Source: a candidate division WOR-3 bacterium
GTDB taxonomy: Bacteria > Hydrothermota > Hydrothermia > LBFQ01 > DSFT01
Direction of reading: 5' to 3'
Length of the DNA: 64,000 nt
Assembly: GCA_025060695.1 (NCBI GenBank)
Contig: JANXBH010000001.1
Coordinates: forward strand, 90,730-154,729
Positions 10,289 to 19,508 of the stretch are shown in pieces (within the stretch, counting starts at the first letter, position 1; each line of letters begins with the position of its first letter). The notes below the pieces were generated by a model. The model had not been told where the DNA came from. It saw nothing but the letters and a program-made list of their open reading frames with translations, and searched no databases. Both the position numbers and the translations under genes were made by a program.

Positions 10289-10931
10289 GTTAAAAAGAAT
10301 AAAGTTCAATGGTGATTATATTGACGTATATAAGCCAAAGGAAAATGGAAGTTATCCATTTGTTATATTTTCAGGAGGTATGAATACACCTTCAAGAAGG
10401 TATGAATCCTTCGCAAGATACATATCAAGTTATGGTTATGTAGTGATTATTCCTGACTATAAAGGGTGGCTATTTTTAACTTTCATACCATCTAAGATTT
10501 TGAAAATTCTTGATAACTTATCTAAGATTGATAGTTCAATAAAAAATGAAGGATGTCTTGGTGGACATTCTCTCGGTGCATACTTTTCACTTTTAGTTTC
10601 TTATAAAAGAAGTTCTATAAAGTGTGTTTTTGTATTTTCTCCACCTGCTCTGTTATTAAGATATGATAAAATCAAAATTCCAGTTTTGATTTTTGCTGGG
10701 ACAAATGACGAAATTACAAAAATAGAGAGTAATCAAAAAATTATATATGATAATCTGAAAACTGATAAGAAACTTGTAATTATTGAAGGTGGTAATCATA
10801 ATGGTTATATGGATAGATGGGCTTTTGTAGAAGGAATAACAGATGGACATTTAAAGATTGAACATGCAAAACAGCTCAGTATAGTAAGGGATAGTGTGTT
10901 GGAGTTCTTAAATTCTATATTTAAGCATTAA
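10254..10931 (+). CDS. Alpha/beta hydrolase (chlorophyllase/dienelactone hydrolase-like)
   Basis: GHSLG nucleophile elbow, GTNDE, GGNH catalytic triad. Confidence 0.8.
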   Translation: MLFLIALKLDIELKRIKFNGDYIDVYKPKENGSYPFVIFSGGMNTPSRRYESFARYISSYGYVVIIPDYKGWLFLTFIPSKILKILDNLSKIDSSIKNEGCLGGHSLGAYFSLLVSYKRSSIKCVFVFSPPALLLRYDKIKIPVLIFAGTNDEITKIESNQKIIYDNLKTDKKLVIIEGGNHNGYMDRWAFVEGITDGHLKIEHAKQLSIVRDSVLEFLNSIFKH

Positions 10932-10934
10932 AAT
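10929..10934 (+). promoter_or_regulatory. -10 box overlapping the upstream stop codon
   Basis: TAAAAT-TT, 9 nt before in-frame CTG 10944. Confidence 0.6.
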
Positions 10935-10943
10935 TTTGTTCTT

Positions 10944-11669
10944 CTGGAAATTTATGTAGTTTTCTTGTATGCTTTAGTTTCAGATTTGGCAACAGGAATA
11001 GGAGCAATTCCTTTTTTTTTCATTAAAGACATCAAAAAGAAGATTTTAGGCTTTCTTGAAGCACTTGCAGGTGGTTTAATGATGGGTGCAAGTTTTAATT
11101 TAATATTTGAAGGGATAAATCTAAATATCTTGTTATTAAATATAGGAATGATTTTAGGAATACTTCTTGTTGTAGCTTCAAATAATTTTTTAAATGGTAA
11201 AGAGCTTGCACTTGGAAATATAAGAGGTATTTCAGCTAAAAGAGCTATATTGTTTTTATTTATAATGACCGCACATAGTTTCGCTGAAGGTATTGCAATT
11301 GGTGTTTCATTCGGTGGAAGGGAAAATCTTGGTATATTGACCTCTGTAGCTATAGCAATTCACAATATACCAGAGGGTCTTGCAATATCACTATACTTAA
11401 TTTCGCAAGGTGCAAGTCCAATCGCCTGCCTGTTTTGGAGTATATTCTCAAGTCTTCCTCAGCCAATTATGGCTGTCCCTTCTTATATCCTTGTTGAAAT
11501 CTTTAAACCAATTTTACCATTTGGTTTTGGCTTTGCAGCAGGAGCTATGATATATCTTGTATTATGGGATATTATACCAAGTTCCCTAAAATCAGTTTCA
11601 CAAGAATTTAACTCTATAACTATAATTTTAGGAACCTTATTAATGATAACTTTTTATAAATTACTCTAA
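10944..11669 (+). CDS. ZIP family metal transporter (probable CTG start)
   Basis: HSFAEG and HNIPEG motifs; in-frame CTG 21 nt upstream of the track start. Confidence 0.88.
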   Translation: MEIYVVFLYALVSDLATGIGAIPFFFIKDIKKKILGFLEALAGGLMMGASFNLIFEGINLNILLLNIGMILGILLVVASNNFLNGKELALGNIRGISAKRAILFLFIMTAHSFAEGIAIGVSFGGRENLGILTSVAIAIHNIPEGLAISLYLISQGASPIACLFWSIFSSLPQPIMAVPSYILVEIFKPILPFGFGFAAGAMIYLVLWDIIPSSLKSVSQEFNSITIILGTLLMITFYKLL

Positions 11670-12071
11670 TTTCTTTACTGGAACTTTTATTTTTTTCTCG
11701 CCTGACTTTTTAAATTTTAATACCAGCTCAATAGTGTCATTTTCTCTTAAGTCTTCTTTTAAGTTTATAAGCATTACATGAAGACCCCCTGGCTCTAAGC
11801 TTAGTTTATCCTTTATCACTAAATAGTCTATTTTTTTCATCTCCATCATATCACCCTTTTTTATTGTCTCATGTAATTCGGTTATATTCGCACAATTGCA
11901 GTATGCTTCATACAAAGTATCCTCCATACCTTGATTATTCTTTATTTTCATATATACCGCACTTGAACCATCCTTAGGAGCTATTCTCGCATATGGATTC
12001 AATATCTCTATATCCTCACCTACCTTATTACATCCAACTATAAAAAGTAATATCAAAATTTTTTGTCTTAT
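11661..12071 (-). CDS. Copper chaperone PCu(A)C lipoprotein (probable ATA start)
   Basis: ELHET..MMEM..LEPGGLHVML; ATA 12071 restores the (M)RQKILILLFIVG-C lipoprotein signal and is 10 nt after the -10 box at 12082-12087. Confidence 0.88.
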   Translation of the reverse strand: MRQKILILLFIVGCNKVGEDIEILNPYARIAPKDGSSAVYMKIKNNQGMEDTLYEAYCNCANITELHETIKKGDMMEMKKIDYLVIKDKLSLEPGGLHVMLINLKEDLRENDTIELVLKFKKSGEKKIKVPVKKLE

Positions 12072-12086
12072 GTTTTGATAAATTTT

Positions 12087-12104
12087 AAAGGGGGAACGGC
12101 CCCC
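12087..12104 (-). terminator. GC hairpin after the TonB receptor stop (putative weak terminator)
   Basis: GGGGG-CCGTT-CCCCC then TTT on the minus strand; the only conspicuous non-tRNA GC hairpin I noticed. Confidence 0.5.
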
Positions 12105-13921
12105 TATATAGAGATACTAATTGAGAAATTTCTGAAAGGTTCAAATGTTTTAAATGGATTGGTCGGTTCTATGTATTTTTCATTAAATAGATTATTTATA
12201 GAAAAGTTTAAACTTATTCTTCTAATGTTGTAATCTATCCCAAGAGAAAATATGGAAAATAGTTTTTTGCTTTTCTCATCAAAGAATGCTCTATGGTATA
12301 GCGTAATGAATTTATAACTTAGTCTCGTCCTTAACTGAGGTTTTGTATAAAATTCAATCTCAACCGAAGGTTTGGAGTATTCAAGTGTAGTACTAAGAAA
12401 AAAGTTATTAAACGGAATGAAATTCATATTAAGCAGCGAGTTGAAAATGTATATATCTTTATTTTCCCACGTATAGGCTGGATATCCTTCAATAGTATCA
12501 TTAGCAAACTTTAGTGAAATGTAGTTTTTTATATAACTTATAGACGGGTTAACATTAAGCATTATGAAATTTAAAGAATGCTTATAGTCTACATGAAAAC
12601 TAAGTAGAAGCTCCTCTTTTAAACTTGGATTTGGAATTTCGTATCTATTTGCTGTCTTGTGAATACCTTCAAATGTTAACTGCTGGAGTGATGGGTACTG
12701 AATTGACTGAGAAAGAGAAAAGTTAAAATCACTAAATTTCGTTCCAATTAAAAAGCTATAACCAATTTTCAGTTTCTCATCAAAGCTTGAGTAGCTTGGT
12801 ATTATTGAAAATGCATAATTAAGGTTCTTAAACTTGTTAGAATATAGAGTTGAAAGTATTATTCTGTTATAGTTATATTTATCTTCACCTTTTGAAAGAA
12901 AATCACTATAGTTTAAATTTAAGTAGAAGTTATTTGAATTATAAATAGTTTGGATTGTTCTTAGATTTAGCTGAGTTATTAGTTCATCTCCATCGTATTC
13001 TCTTTGGTCCGAGTTTTGAAAATCTAAAATAAAATTATTGTAGCTTAGTCTTGGATTTAGATATATATTTTTTGCTCTTGACTGACCATGAGCACCATGC
13101 ATAATTTTACTTTCTTCTAAGCTTGGCACGCCATAGTTTATAAAACTAAAATAGTTTCCAATCATAATTTTCTTATATTTTGCAGAAAGTATTGAGTATA
13201 TTGAACTATCGGAAGTGTTTTCTATTTCTGGATTTTTAAAGTCTCCACTTATTGAACCCTTAATACCAACTTTGTATGAGAAGTTTTTAAAGTTTCTATT
13301 ATCCTTAAAGAGCACAGAAAATCTGTCATTAGATGATAAATAGGAAAATTTACCCACATATCTATTCTCATTTGTTATATCAAATATCCTTAAGTCCAAG
13401 CCACCTGCTACAGAATTTATACCAAATATAGCGTTTGTAGATGTATTGCCTATATATATTTTATCCGCAAGTTCAAAGTCCATTACTATAGGATGGTCAA
13501 GGTAGTCGCTTTGGTCATGCAATATCGCACCATCTACAGTAATATTGTATTTATCCCTATTGAAACCGGAGATTATAGGCTTGTTCACTACACTACCATA
13601 CATTGTATTTTCAAGGTCAAAGTCCAATTTCCTTACCTCATTTAATCTTGTATATTTAGAAACGACTTCAACAGGTTTTAGGCTAATTCCTTCCACTTCA
13701 AGATATATTTCACTTGGAACATTTTCTTTAAATTTTAACATTTTATAGCCTATTCTATATATTATGATACTATCCTTATATTTCACATTAGCACAACCAC
13801 TATGGTCTGTAAAAGTAATACTTATTGGGCTATAAATCTTTACCGCTTCAAGCGGCTGTTTTGTCTCTTTATCATAAACACAAATTTTTAAGTTTTCTAA
13901 ATTTATAATTAAAGCTATCAT
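12104..13921 (-). CDS. TonB-dependent receptor with N-terminal carboxypeptidase-regulatory-like domain
   Basis: VYDKETKQPL..IGY, plug-like KPIISG..VDG, NPSLKEE, INNLFNEKY..RNFSISISI terminal strand; AGGAGG SD. Confidence 0.8.
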   Translation of the reverse strand: MIALIINLENLKICVYDKETKQPLEAVKIYSPISITFTDHSGCANVKYKDSIIIYRIGYKMLKFKENVPSEIYLEVEGISLKPVEVVSKYTRLNEVRKLDFDLENTMYGSVVNKPIISGFNRDKYNITVDGAILHDQSDYLDHPIVMDFELADKIYIGNTSTNAIFGINSVAGGLDLRIFDITNENRYVGKFSYLSSNDRFSVLFKDNRNFKNFSYKVGIKGSISGDFKNPEIENTSDSSIYSILSAKYKKIMIGNYFSFINYGVPSLEESKIMHGAHGQSRAKNIYLNPRLSYNNFILDFQNSDQREYDGDELITQLNLRTIQTIYNSNNFYLNLNYSDFLSKGEDKYNYNRIILSTLYSNKFKNLNYAFSIIPSYSSFDEKLKIGYSFLIGTKFSDFNFSLSQSIQYPSLQQLTFEGIHKTANRYEIPNPSLKEELLLSFHVDYKHSLNFIMLNVNPSISYIKNYISLKFANDTIEGYPAYTWENKDIYIFNSLLNMNFIPFNNFFLSTTLEYSKPSVEIEFYTKPQLRTRLSYKFITLYHRAFFDEKSKKLFSIFSLGIDYNIRRISLNFSINNLFNEKYIEPTNPFKTFEPFRNFSISISI

Positions 13922-13927
13922 TTTTTA

Positions 13928-13992
13928 CCTCCTTTTTTTATTATTTACTTTCTATTTTTTAAAGCTCAAATTTAAAGTTAAAAATTAGGAGG
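13928..13992 (-). promoter_or_regulatory. Putative SD/anti-SD hairpin controlling TonB receptor translation
   Basis: CCTCCT (Pro-Pro codons, 13987-13992) is complementary to the AGGAGG SD (13928-13933). Confidence 0.55.
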
Positions 13993-14238
13993 AGAGCGAA
14001 TATTTGGAAAAATAAGACTATAAGTTTCGTGCTTTTTAGTTTTCATTGATATTGAAACAATGTATAGAACTCTCGGTTTTTCTATTTTTAATGAAAAACC
14101 TTCGATTTTAGGAGGATTGTTTTGATAGTGTAAGATAAGACATTCTTCTAATATTGAATGATGAATATGATTGTGAAAGCTTGAAATTACAATTGCATTT
14201 AATATAAATATTAATGTGAGAAATGAGAAAATCTTCAA
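13978..14238 (-). CDS. DUF2946/CruR-like leader peptide with His/Cys motif and C-terminal RSPP
   Basis: Hydrophobic N-terminus, HNHIHH..EECLILH, ends IRSPPNF; directly upstream of the TonB receptor; -10 box at 14248-14253. Confidence 0.7.
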   Translation of the reverse strand: MKIFSFLTLIFILNAIVISSFHNHIHHSILEECLILHYQNNPPKIEGFSLKIEKPRVLYIVSISMKTKKHETYSLIFPNIRSPPNF

Positions 14239-15439
14239 GGTTTTATAATTTTAAAGTCCGCATCTATCAAAAATACTCCTTTTTTTACAATTTTTTCACC
14301 ATTCTTTATACCTTCAATTAAATAACCATCTTTTACATCAGTAATAATCTTTACTTCTTTTGCTTTAAATGAGCCATCTTCAAAAACATATACTATATCA
14401 CTATTTCCTGTTCTAATTACTGAACTTTTCGGAACAATCTTTCCCCTTATTTCCTTCACTATCTTACCTACTTCATAATTATTCTCAAAGAAAGTATTAT
14501 CATTTTTAAGAATAACGATAATTTCAAAGTAGTTTGCACTATTGGAAGAAGGTAAAATCTCTACTACTCTACCCTTAGTATTTCTAATTTCAACTATATC
14601 TCCTTTTTGAACATATAAAAAATCGCTTTTTCTAACGCTACCTATAAACTGAACAATAGAATTATTTACAATTTCCATAACTACAGAACCAGCCTCAAAT
14701 TTTTCACCTTCTGTTATATCAATTTTCAAAACTCTTCCACTAATAGGACTTCTAAAAATTATACTATCCGAAAATATATCTTCAGGACTTATTTGTAATA
14801 ACTTAATCCTCTCAAGAATAAAACTATCTTTAGTAATATCGAACTCCGATTTTATTCTTAAAATTTCAGGAGAATAAAAACTAAAAATCTTCTCTCCTCT
14901 ATTTATATATTCTCCTTCGTTTTGAATATAGAGATTTAAAACGTATCCAGAAAATCTTGGAACAATTTTTGTAATTGCATTTTTTGGAAATTTTACTACA
15001 CCTTCTATGATTATTTCCTTATAACCAACTGTATCTTTAACTAAAAAAAATCAATAAGTTTATTATCTATTTGAGAATGTGTATGCTTAACTTCCCCCTT
15101 AAATGGTATATTTATTAGCTTTTCAATTTTGTTTCCATCTAACTCTAAAATAATAAACCACTCACCACTCATAGAAACAAAAACTTTTCCTTCGTAATTT
15201 TTATTTAGTTCAAATACTTCTGTCATGGCAGGCATGCCTGGCATTTCCGGCATATACAAATACGCCTTAAATGACCTTGGTTTTGGTTCTATTATAAACT
15301 TTACCTTATTTTCTCTTTCCTTTAGCATTCCATCAGTAGTTAAGATTTTTACTTTATATCCTTTATCTACTATTTCAAGAACTTCTTTATAATTTTGACC
15401 ACAGGATATAAGAAAAAGTAATATAAAAATTTTCCTCAT
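14235..15439 (-). CDS. CusB-like RND periplasmic adaptor with N-terminal YtkA/FixH-like Met-rich lipoprotein domain; frameshifted at T8 (15043-15050)
   Basis: 0 frame MRKIFILLFLISC..MPEMPGMPAM..IDFF*; the -1 frame is open from the T8 run (LVKDTVG..IVPRFSGYV..FYSPE..RSPISG) into track ORF 14235-14729. Confidence 0.8.
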
Positions 15440-15449
15440 ATTCAAAATT

Positions 15450-16484
15450 TTAAAACATAAACTTTAACTTATAGTAGCTTAGGATTGCATTATATTTCAA
15501 CCTGTTTATTTCTCTTTCCATATTCAATATTTCGTTTAAATTATAGTAGTATTCTACTAAAGATATATCACCTAAAAGCTTTGAAATATTTAAAGTCGTC
15601 ATAAGTTCATCTCTTCGGCTTTTATATAACTCATATTGACTAACTGATAGTTTATATTCAGATATAGTTCTTTCAATTTCAAGCTTAATATATTCTATTG
15701 AAGAACTATAGTAATTTCTATATGCATCTTTCAATTTTACTCTTGTCTTTATTTCACCTAATGGAAATGTATTAATAGTAAATCCTATCATAAATCCATA
15801 TGTATTATCTTTTCTTATTAAAACCATAGGTTTTACATTAGGAACAAGCTTTATATAGCTTAATTTTAAAGAATTTTCAATTGTCTTAAGTTCATAGCTT
15901 AACATATTATAATCTACGGTCTCTTCCAACTTATAGTCTTTTAATTTTGGAATACTTTCAATATCTTCAATGCTATCTATCTTGGCATAGTAGTTTAGTG
16001 TAATCATTAAATTATTATATTTTGCCTTAAGAAAATCCAAGTTTATATTCAATTCTCTTATTTTTGCATTTATCTCTAATATTTTTGAAAATTCCGTAGT
16101 TTTATCATATTTATAAGCACTTAGTATTAGCTTCCTTATTTTTTCATAGTTTTCTAAAATTTTATATAGAATTTCCAATTCTTTTTTTAATTCAATAGCT
16201 TGTAAATAAGTCTCTATTGCTTCAAGTATGAATTCATTCCTTTCTTTTAAATTTTTATATTTCATCGCAACTATTTCATCTTTAATTATAAAAGACTCAT
16301 ATATCATATGGGGCGATATTTCAGTTCCTATACTTATATTTCCACTTTCAAACATTGCATTGTATTCTACCATAAGCTGTGGATTTAAAGCACTGTAAAT
16401 TTGATATTCGTAATACTTTACTTTTTTATGCTCCATTACTTTCTTTATAAAATCCTCTATGTTCGTAAATATTAAGTAAATAAT
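15450..16484 (-). CDS. TolC/CusC-like outer-membrane efflux protein (probable ATT start)
   Basis: Helical repeats, adjacent to cusB/cusA; frame open upstream of ATG 16436 to ATT codons 16481/16484/16487 just after the -10 box. Confidence 0.6.
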   Translation of the reverse strand: MIYLIFTNIEDFIKKVMEHKKVKYYEYQIYSALNPQLMVEYNAMFESGNISIGTEISPHMIYESFIIKDEIVAMKYKNLKERNEFILEAIETYLQAIELKKELEILYKILENYEKIRKLILSAYKYDKTTEFSKILEINAKIRELNINLDFLKAKYNNLMITLNYYAKIDSIEDIESIPKLKDYKLEETVDYNMLSYELKTIENSLKLSYIKLVPNVKPMVLIRKDNTYGFMIGFTINTFPLGEIKTRVKLKDAYRNYYSSSIEYIKLEIERTISEYKLSVSQYELYKSRRDELMTTLNISKLLGDISLVEYYYNLNEILNMEREINRLKYNAILSYYKLKFMF

Positions 16485-16491
16485 AATGAAA

Positions 16492-16507
16492 ATTTTAGAG
16501 TTAAAAT
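16492..16507. promoter_or_regulatory. Divergent -10 boxes for the TolC-cusB unit and cusA
   Basis: Minus box 16492-16497; plus box 16502-16507 is 6 nt before TTG 16514. Confidence 0.6.
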
Positions 16508-16513
16508 TTAAAA

Positions 16514-19507
16514 TTGCTTGAAAAAATTGTAAATTTTTCTCTGAAAAATAAAACTACAATTTCACTTATCGTTATACTTTTAACTATTGTTGGAATATAT
16601 TCCATATTTAAAGTTAATATAGATGCAATACCAGATATTTCAGAAAATCAAGTAATTATTACCGCAAGGTATGAAGGACAGGACCCCATTACTATTGAGG
16701 AGCAAGTTAGCTATAAGTTAGTATCAAGACTACTATCAATACCTAAAATTAGAACTATTAGAGCAATTTCAATGAATAATATTGCTTTTGTATACATAAT
16801 TTTTAAAGATGGTGTAAATATATATTGGGCAAGGTCTAGAGTTTTAGAGTATATTGCAGGATTAGATATTCCAAAAGAAGTAAATATACAAATTGGCCCT
16901 CCCTCATCTTCTATATCTTGGATAGTTCAATATGTACTAATATCAGATAAACATACTATTGATGAGTTAACTGCATTTAACGAGTTTATATTAAAACCAT
17001 ATCTACAGGCAACAGAAGGTGTATCAGAAATAGCTACAATAGGTGGTTTTATAAAGGAATATCAGATAGACGTTGACCCATATAAATTAAAATCTTATAA
17101 TTTAAGTTTTGAAGAAGTTTTAAAGGCTATTGAAAATGCCAACTTATCAACAGGTGGAAGGTTTATAGAAATAGCCGAAAGATATTATAACATAAGGGGA
17201 TACGGATATATTAGAACATTGGAAGATATTGAGAATATTTCTATAAAAGGCATAAAAATTAAGGATATAGGTATTGTTCAAATAGGTCCTTCAATAAGAG
17301 AAGGAGCTTTGGACTATAATGCAAAAGGTGAATCGGTAGGTGGTATTATTATTTCAACAATAGGAGAAAATGCGTATAAAGTAATTAGAAATGTAAAAGA
17401 AAAAATAAAGAAGATAAATTTGCCTGAAGGTATGAAAATAGAAATCGTTTACGATAGAAGTTATTTAATTGAGGAAAGCATTAAAACATTGATTAGCGCA
17501 ATATTAAAAGAAAGTCTTATAATCGCAATATTAGTTTATATTTTTTTAGTTTCAATAAAATCTTCTATTTCAATAATTATTATACTTCCTCTTTCGGTAA
17601 TTTTATCTATAATTTTTGTAAAAATTTTTAACATTACTTTAAACATAATGAGTCTTGGTGGTTTTATACTATCGCTTGGAGTTTTGATTGATATGGCGGT
17701 TGTTCTTGTAGAAAGCAGTCATAAGTATATTGAGCAAGGATATTCCAAAATAGAAGCAATAGAAAAATCAGTTAAGGAACTTTCAAGAAGTATTTTCTTT
17801 TCGCTATTAATCATTACAATATCATTTTTACCAGTTTTCTTTCTTACTGGTGAGGAAGGAAAACTATTTAAGCCATTAGCTATTACCAAAACCTTTTCCA
17901 TGTTAATAGCTTCAATACTTTCTATTTCTTTCATAATCATTTTAATATATTTCTTCCTCCCAAATAAAACCAAACCTGAAATGGAAAATCCTATAAATAG
18001 AATAATTTTGAAAACTTACGAGTTCACATTCAAAATTGTATATAAATATCCATTAGCTTTTATAGTGTTTTTTATTTTGTTTTCCGTTTTCGGTATTTTT
18101 ATTTATAAAACCATAAAAAGCGAATTCTTACCACCATTTAATGAAGGCTCAATTTTATATATGCCATCTACAACCTCAGGTATTTCTATACAAAAAGGTA
18201 TTGAAGTACTTAGATATATGGATTCTATTATTATAAGTAATGAAAATGTAAGAGCGGTTTTTGGAAAAATTTCAAGGGCAAACACAGCTACTGACCCTGC
18301 ACCACCTAGCATGATTGAAACTAATATAGAGCTAAAAGACCCAAAGAAAATATACGAAGTTATAAATGAATTAAGCCATAAACTAAATATCCCTGGATTT
18401 ATAAACACATTTAGTATGCCAATTAGAACAAGGATAGATATGTTAAAAACAGGCATTAGAACTCCACTTGGAATAAAAGTATATGGAAATGATCCTTATA
18501 TTACCGAAAGTTTAGCAATAGAGATAGAAAAATTATTAAGGAGTTTAAGAGAGACAAAATATGCCTATGCAGAAAGACTTTCAAATTCATACTACATTAT
18601 AATTAGTCCAAGAAGAGAAAGAATTTCCCAATACAATATAAGTATAAAGGAGATTATGGATATTATAAATTTTTACATTGGTGGAAATACTATTACTTAC
18701 AAGATTGAAAATAGATTTAGCTATCCAATTAGAGCAAGAATTCTAAGAGACTATAGAGAAATTGAATATATTAAGAGGATACCTATTTTTACAACTTCAG
18801 GTTTTGTAAGCTTAGAAGATATATGCGATATTCAAATTAAAAGAGGTTTTGAAATGATTAGAAATGAAAATGGATTTATTACAAGTTATATTTATCTTGA
18901 TAGTCATGACGACTATTTAAAATATATTCAAAAAGTAAATTCTATAATAAATTCATTCATAAAATTCCCCTCTGGATATTTTTATGAGGTTTCAGGTCAA
19001 TACGAAGACTTAAAGAGAGTTCAAAGCACACTTGTTTTTATTATTCCAATGACCATATTCATTATATTTATTTTGCTATATATGAACTTTAAGAGTTTAG
19101 TAAAGAGTATTTTAGTATTGATATTACTTATATTTCCACTTTCGGGAGCCTTTATTACTATAAAGTTATTAAACTACAATTTATCAATTGCGGTATGGAT
19201 TGGAATTGTTGCACTTTTAGGTATAAGTACGGAAATTATTGTAGTAAAAATTGCGTTTTTAGATTTAGGTTTTGAAAAGTTCAATAACAAATACGAGGCT
19301 ATACACTGGGCAGTGATAACAAGATTAAGACCAATTACAATTACTACACTAACCGCATTCTTTTCACTAATTCCTATAATGTTTGAATTTACACTTGGTG
19401 CAGATATTATAAAAAGAATAGTTGCACCCATGATAGGAGGTATATTCTTTACATTCATTTTAAGTTTATATATCTTGCCAAGTTTTTATGTAATGTTTAA
19501 AAAATAG
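16514..19507 (+). CDS. cusA: CusA/CzcA heavy-metal efflux RND permease (Cu/Ag type)
   Basis: DAIPDISENQV, YWARSRVLE, EGKLFKPLA, Met-triad contexts LYMP, TDPAPPSM, MPIRTRIDML. Confidence 0.92.
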   Translation: MLEKIVNFSLKNKTTISLIVILLTIVGIYSIFKVNIDAIPDISENQVIITARYEGQDPITIEEQVSYKLVSRLLSIPKIRTIRAISMNNIAFVYIIFKDGVNIYWARSRVLEYIAGLDIPKEVNIQIGPPSSSISWIVQYVLISDKHTIDELTAFNEFILKPYLQATEGVSEIATIGGFIKEYQIDVDPYKLKSYNLSFEEVLKAIENANLSTGGRFIEIAERYYNIRGYGYIRTLEDIENISIKGIKIKDIGIVQIGPSIREGALDYNAKGESVGGIIISTIGENAYKVIRNVKEKIKKINLPEGMKIEIVYDRSYLIEESIKTLISAILKESLIIAILVYIFLVSIKSSISIIIILPLSVILSIIFVKIFNITLNIMSLGGFILSLGVLIDMAVVLVESSHKYIEQGYSKIEAIEKSVKELSRSIFFSLLIITISFLPVFFLTGEEGKLFKPLAITKTFSMLIASILSISFIIILIYFFLPNKTKPEMENPINRIILKTYEFTFKIVYKYPLAFIVFFILFSVFGIFIYKTIKSEFLPPFNEGSILYMPSTTSGISIQKGIEVLRYMDSIIISNENVRAVFGKISRANTATDPAPPSMIETNIELKDPKKIYEVINELSHKLNIPGFINTFSMPIRTRIDMLKTGIRTPLGIKVYGNDPYITESLAIEIEKLLRSLRETKYAYAERLSNSYYIIISPRRERISQYNISIKEIMDIINFYIGGNTITYKIENRFSYPIRARILRDYREIEYIKRIPIFTTSGFVSLEDICDIQIKRGFEMIRNENGFITSYIYLDSHDDYLKYIQKVNSIINSFIKFPSGYFYEVSGQYEDLKRVQSTLVFIIPMTIFIIFILLYMNFKSLVKSILVLILLIFPLSGAFITIKLLNYNLSIAVWIGIVALLGISTEIIVVKIAFLDLGFEKFNNKYEAIHWAVITRLRPITITTLTAFFSLIPIMFEFTLGADIIKRIVAPMIGGIFFTFILSLYILPSFYVMFKK

Positions 19508-19508
19508 C

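Noticed and set aside
15008-15022. Independent ATA start of cusB after an AAGGA SD-like sequence
   Set aside because: The product would lack any signal or membrane anchor needed by a periplasmic adaptor; a frameshift fusion is more parsimonious, though this is not excluded
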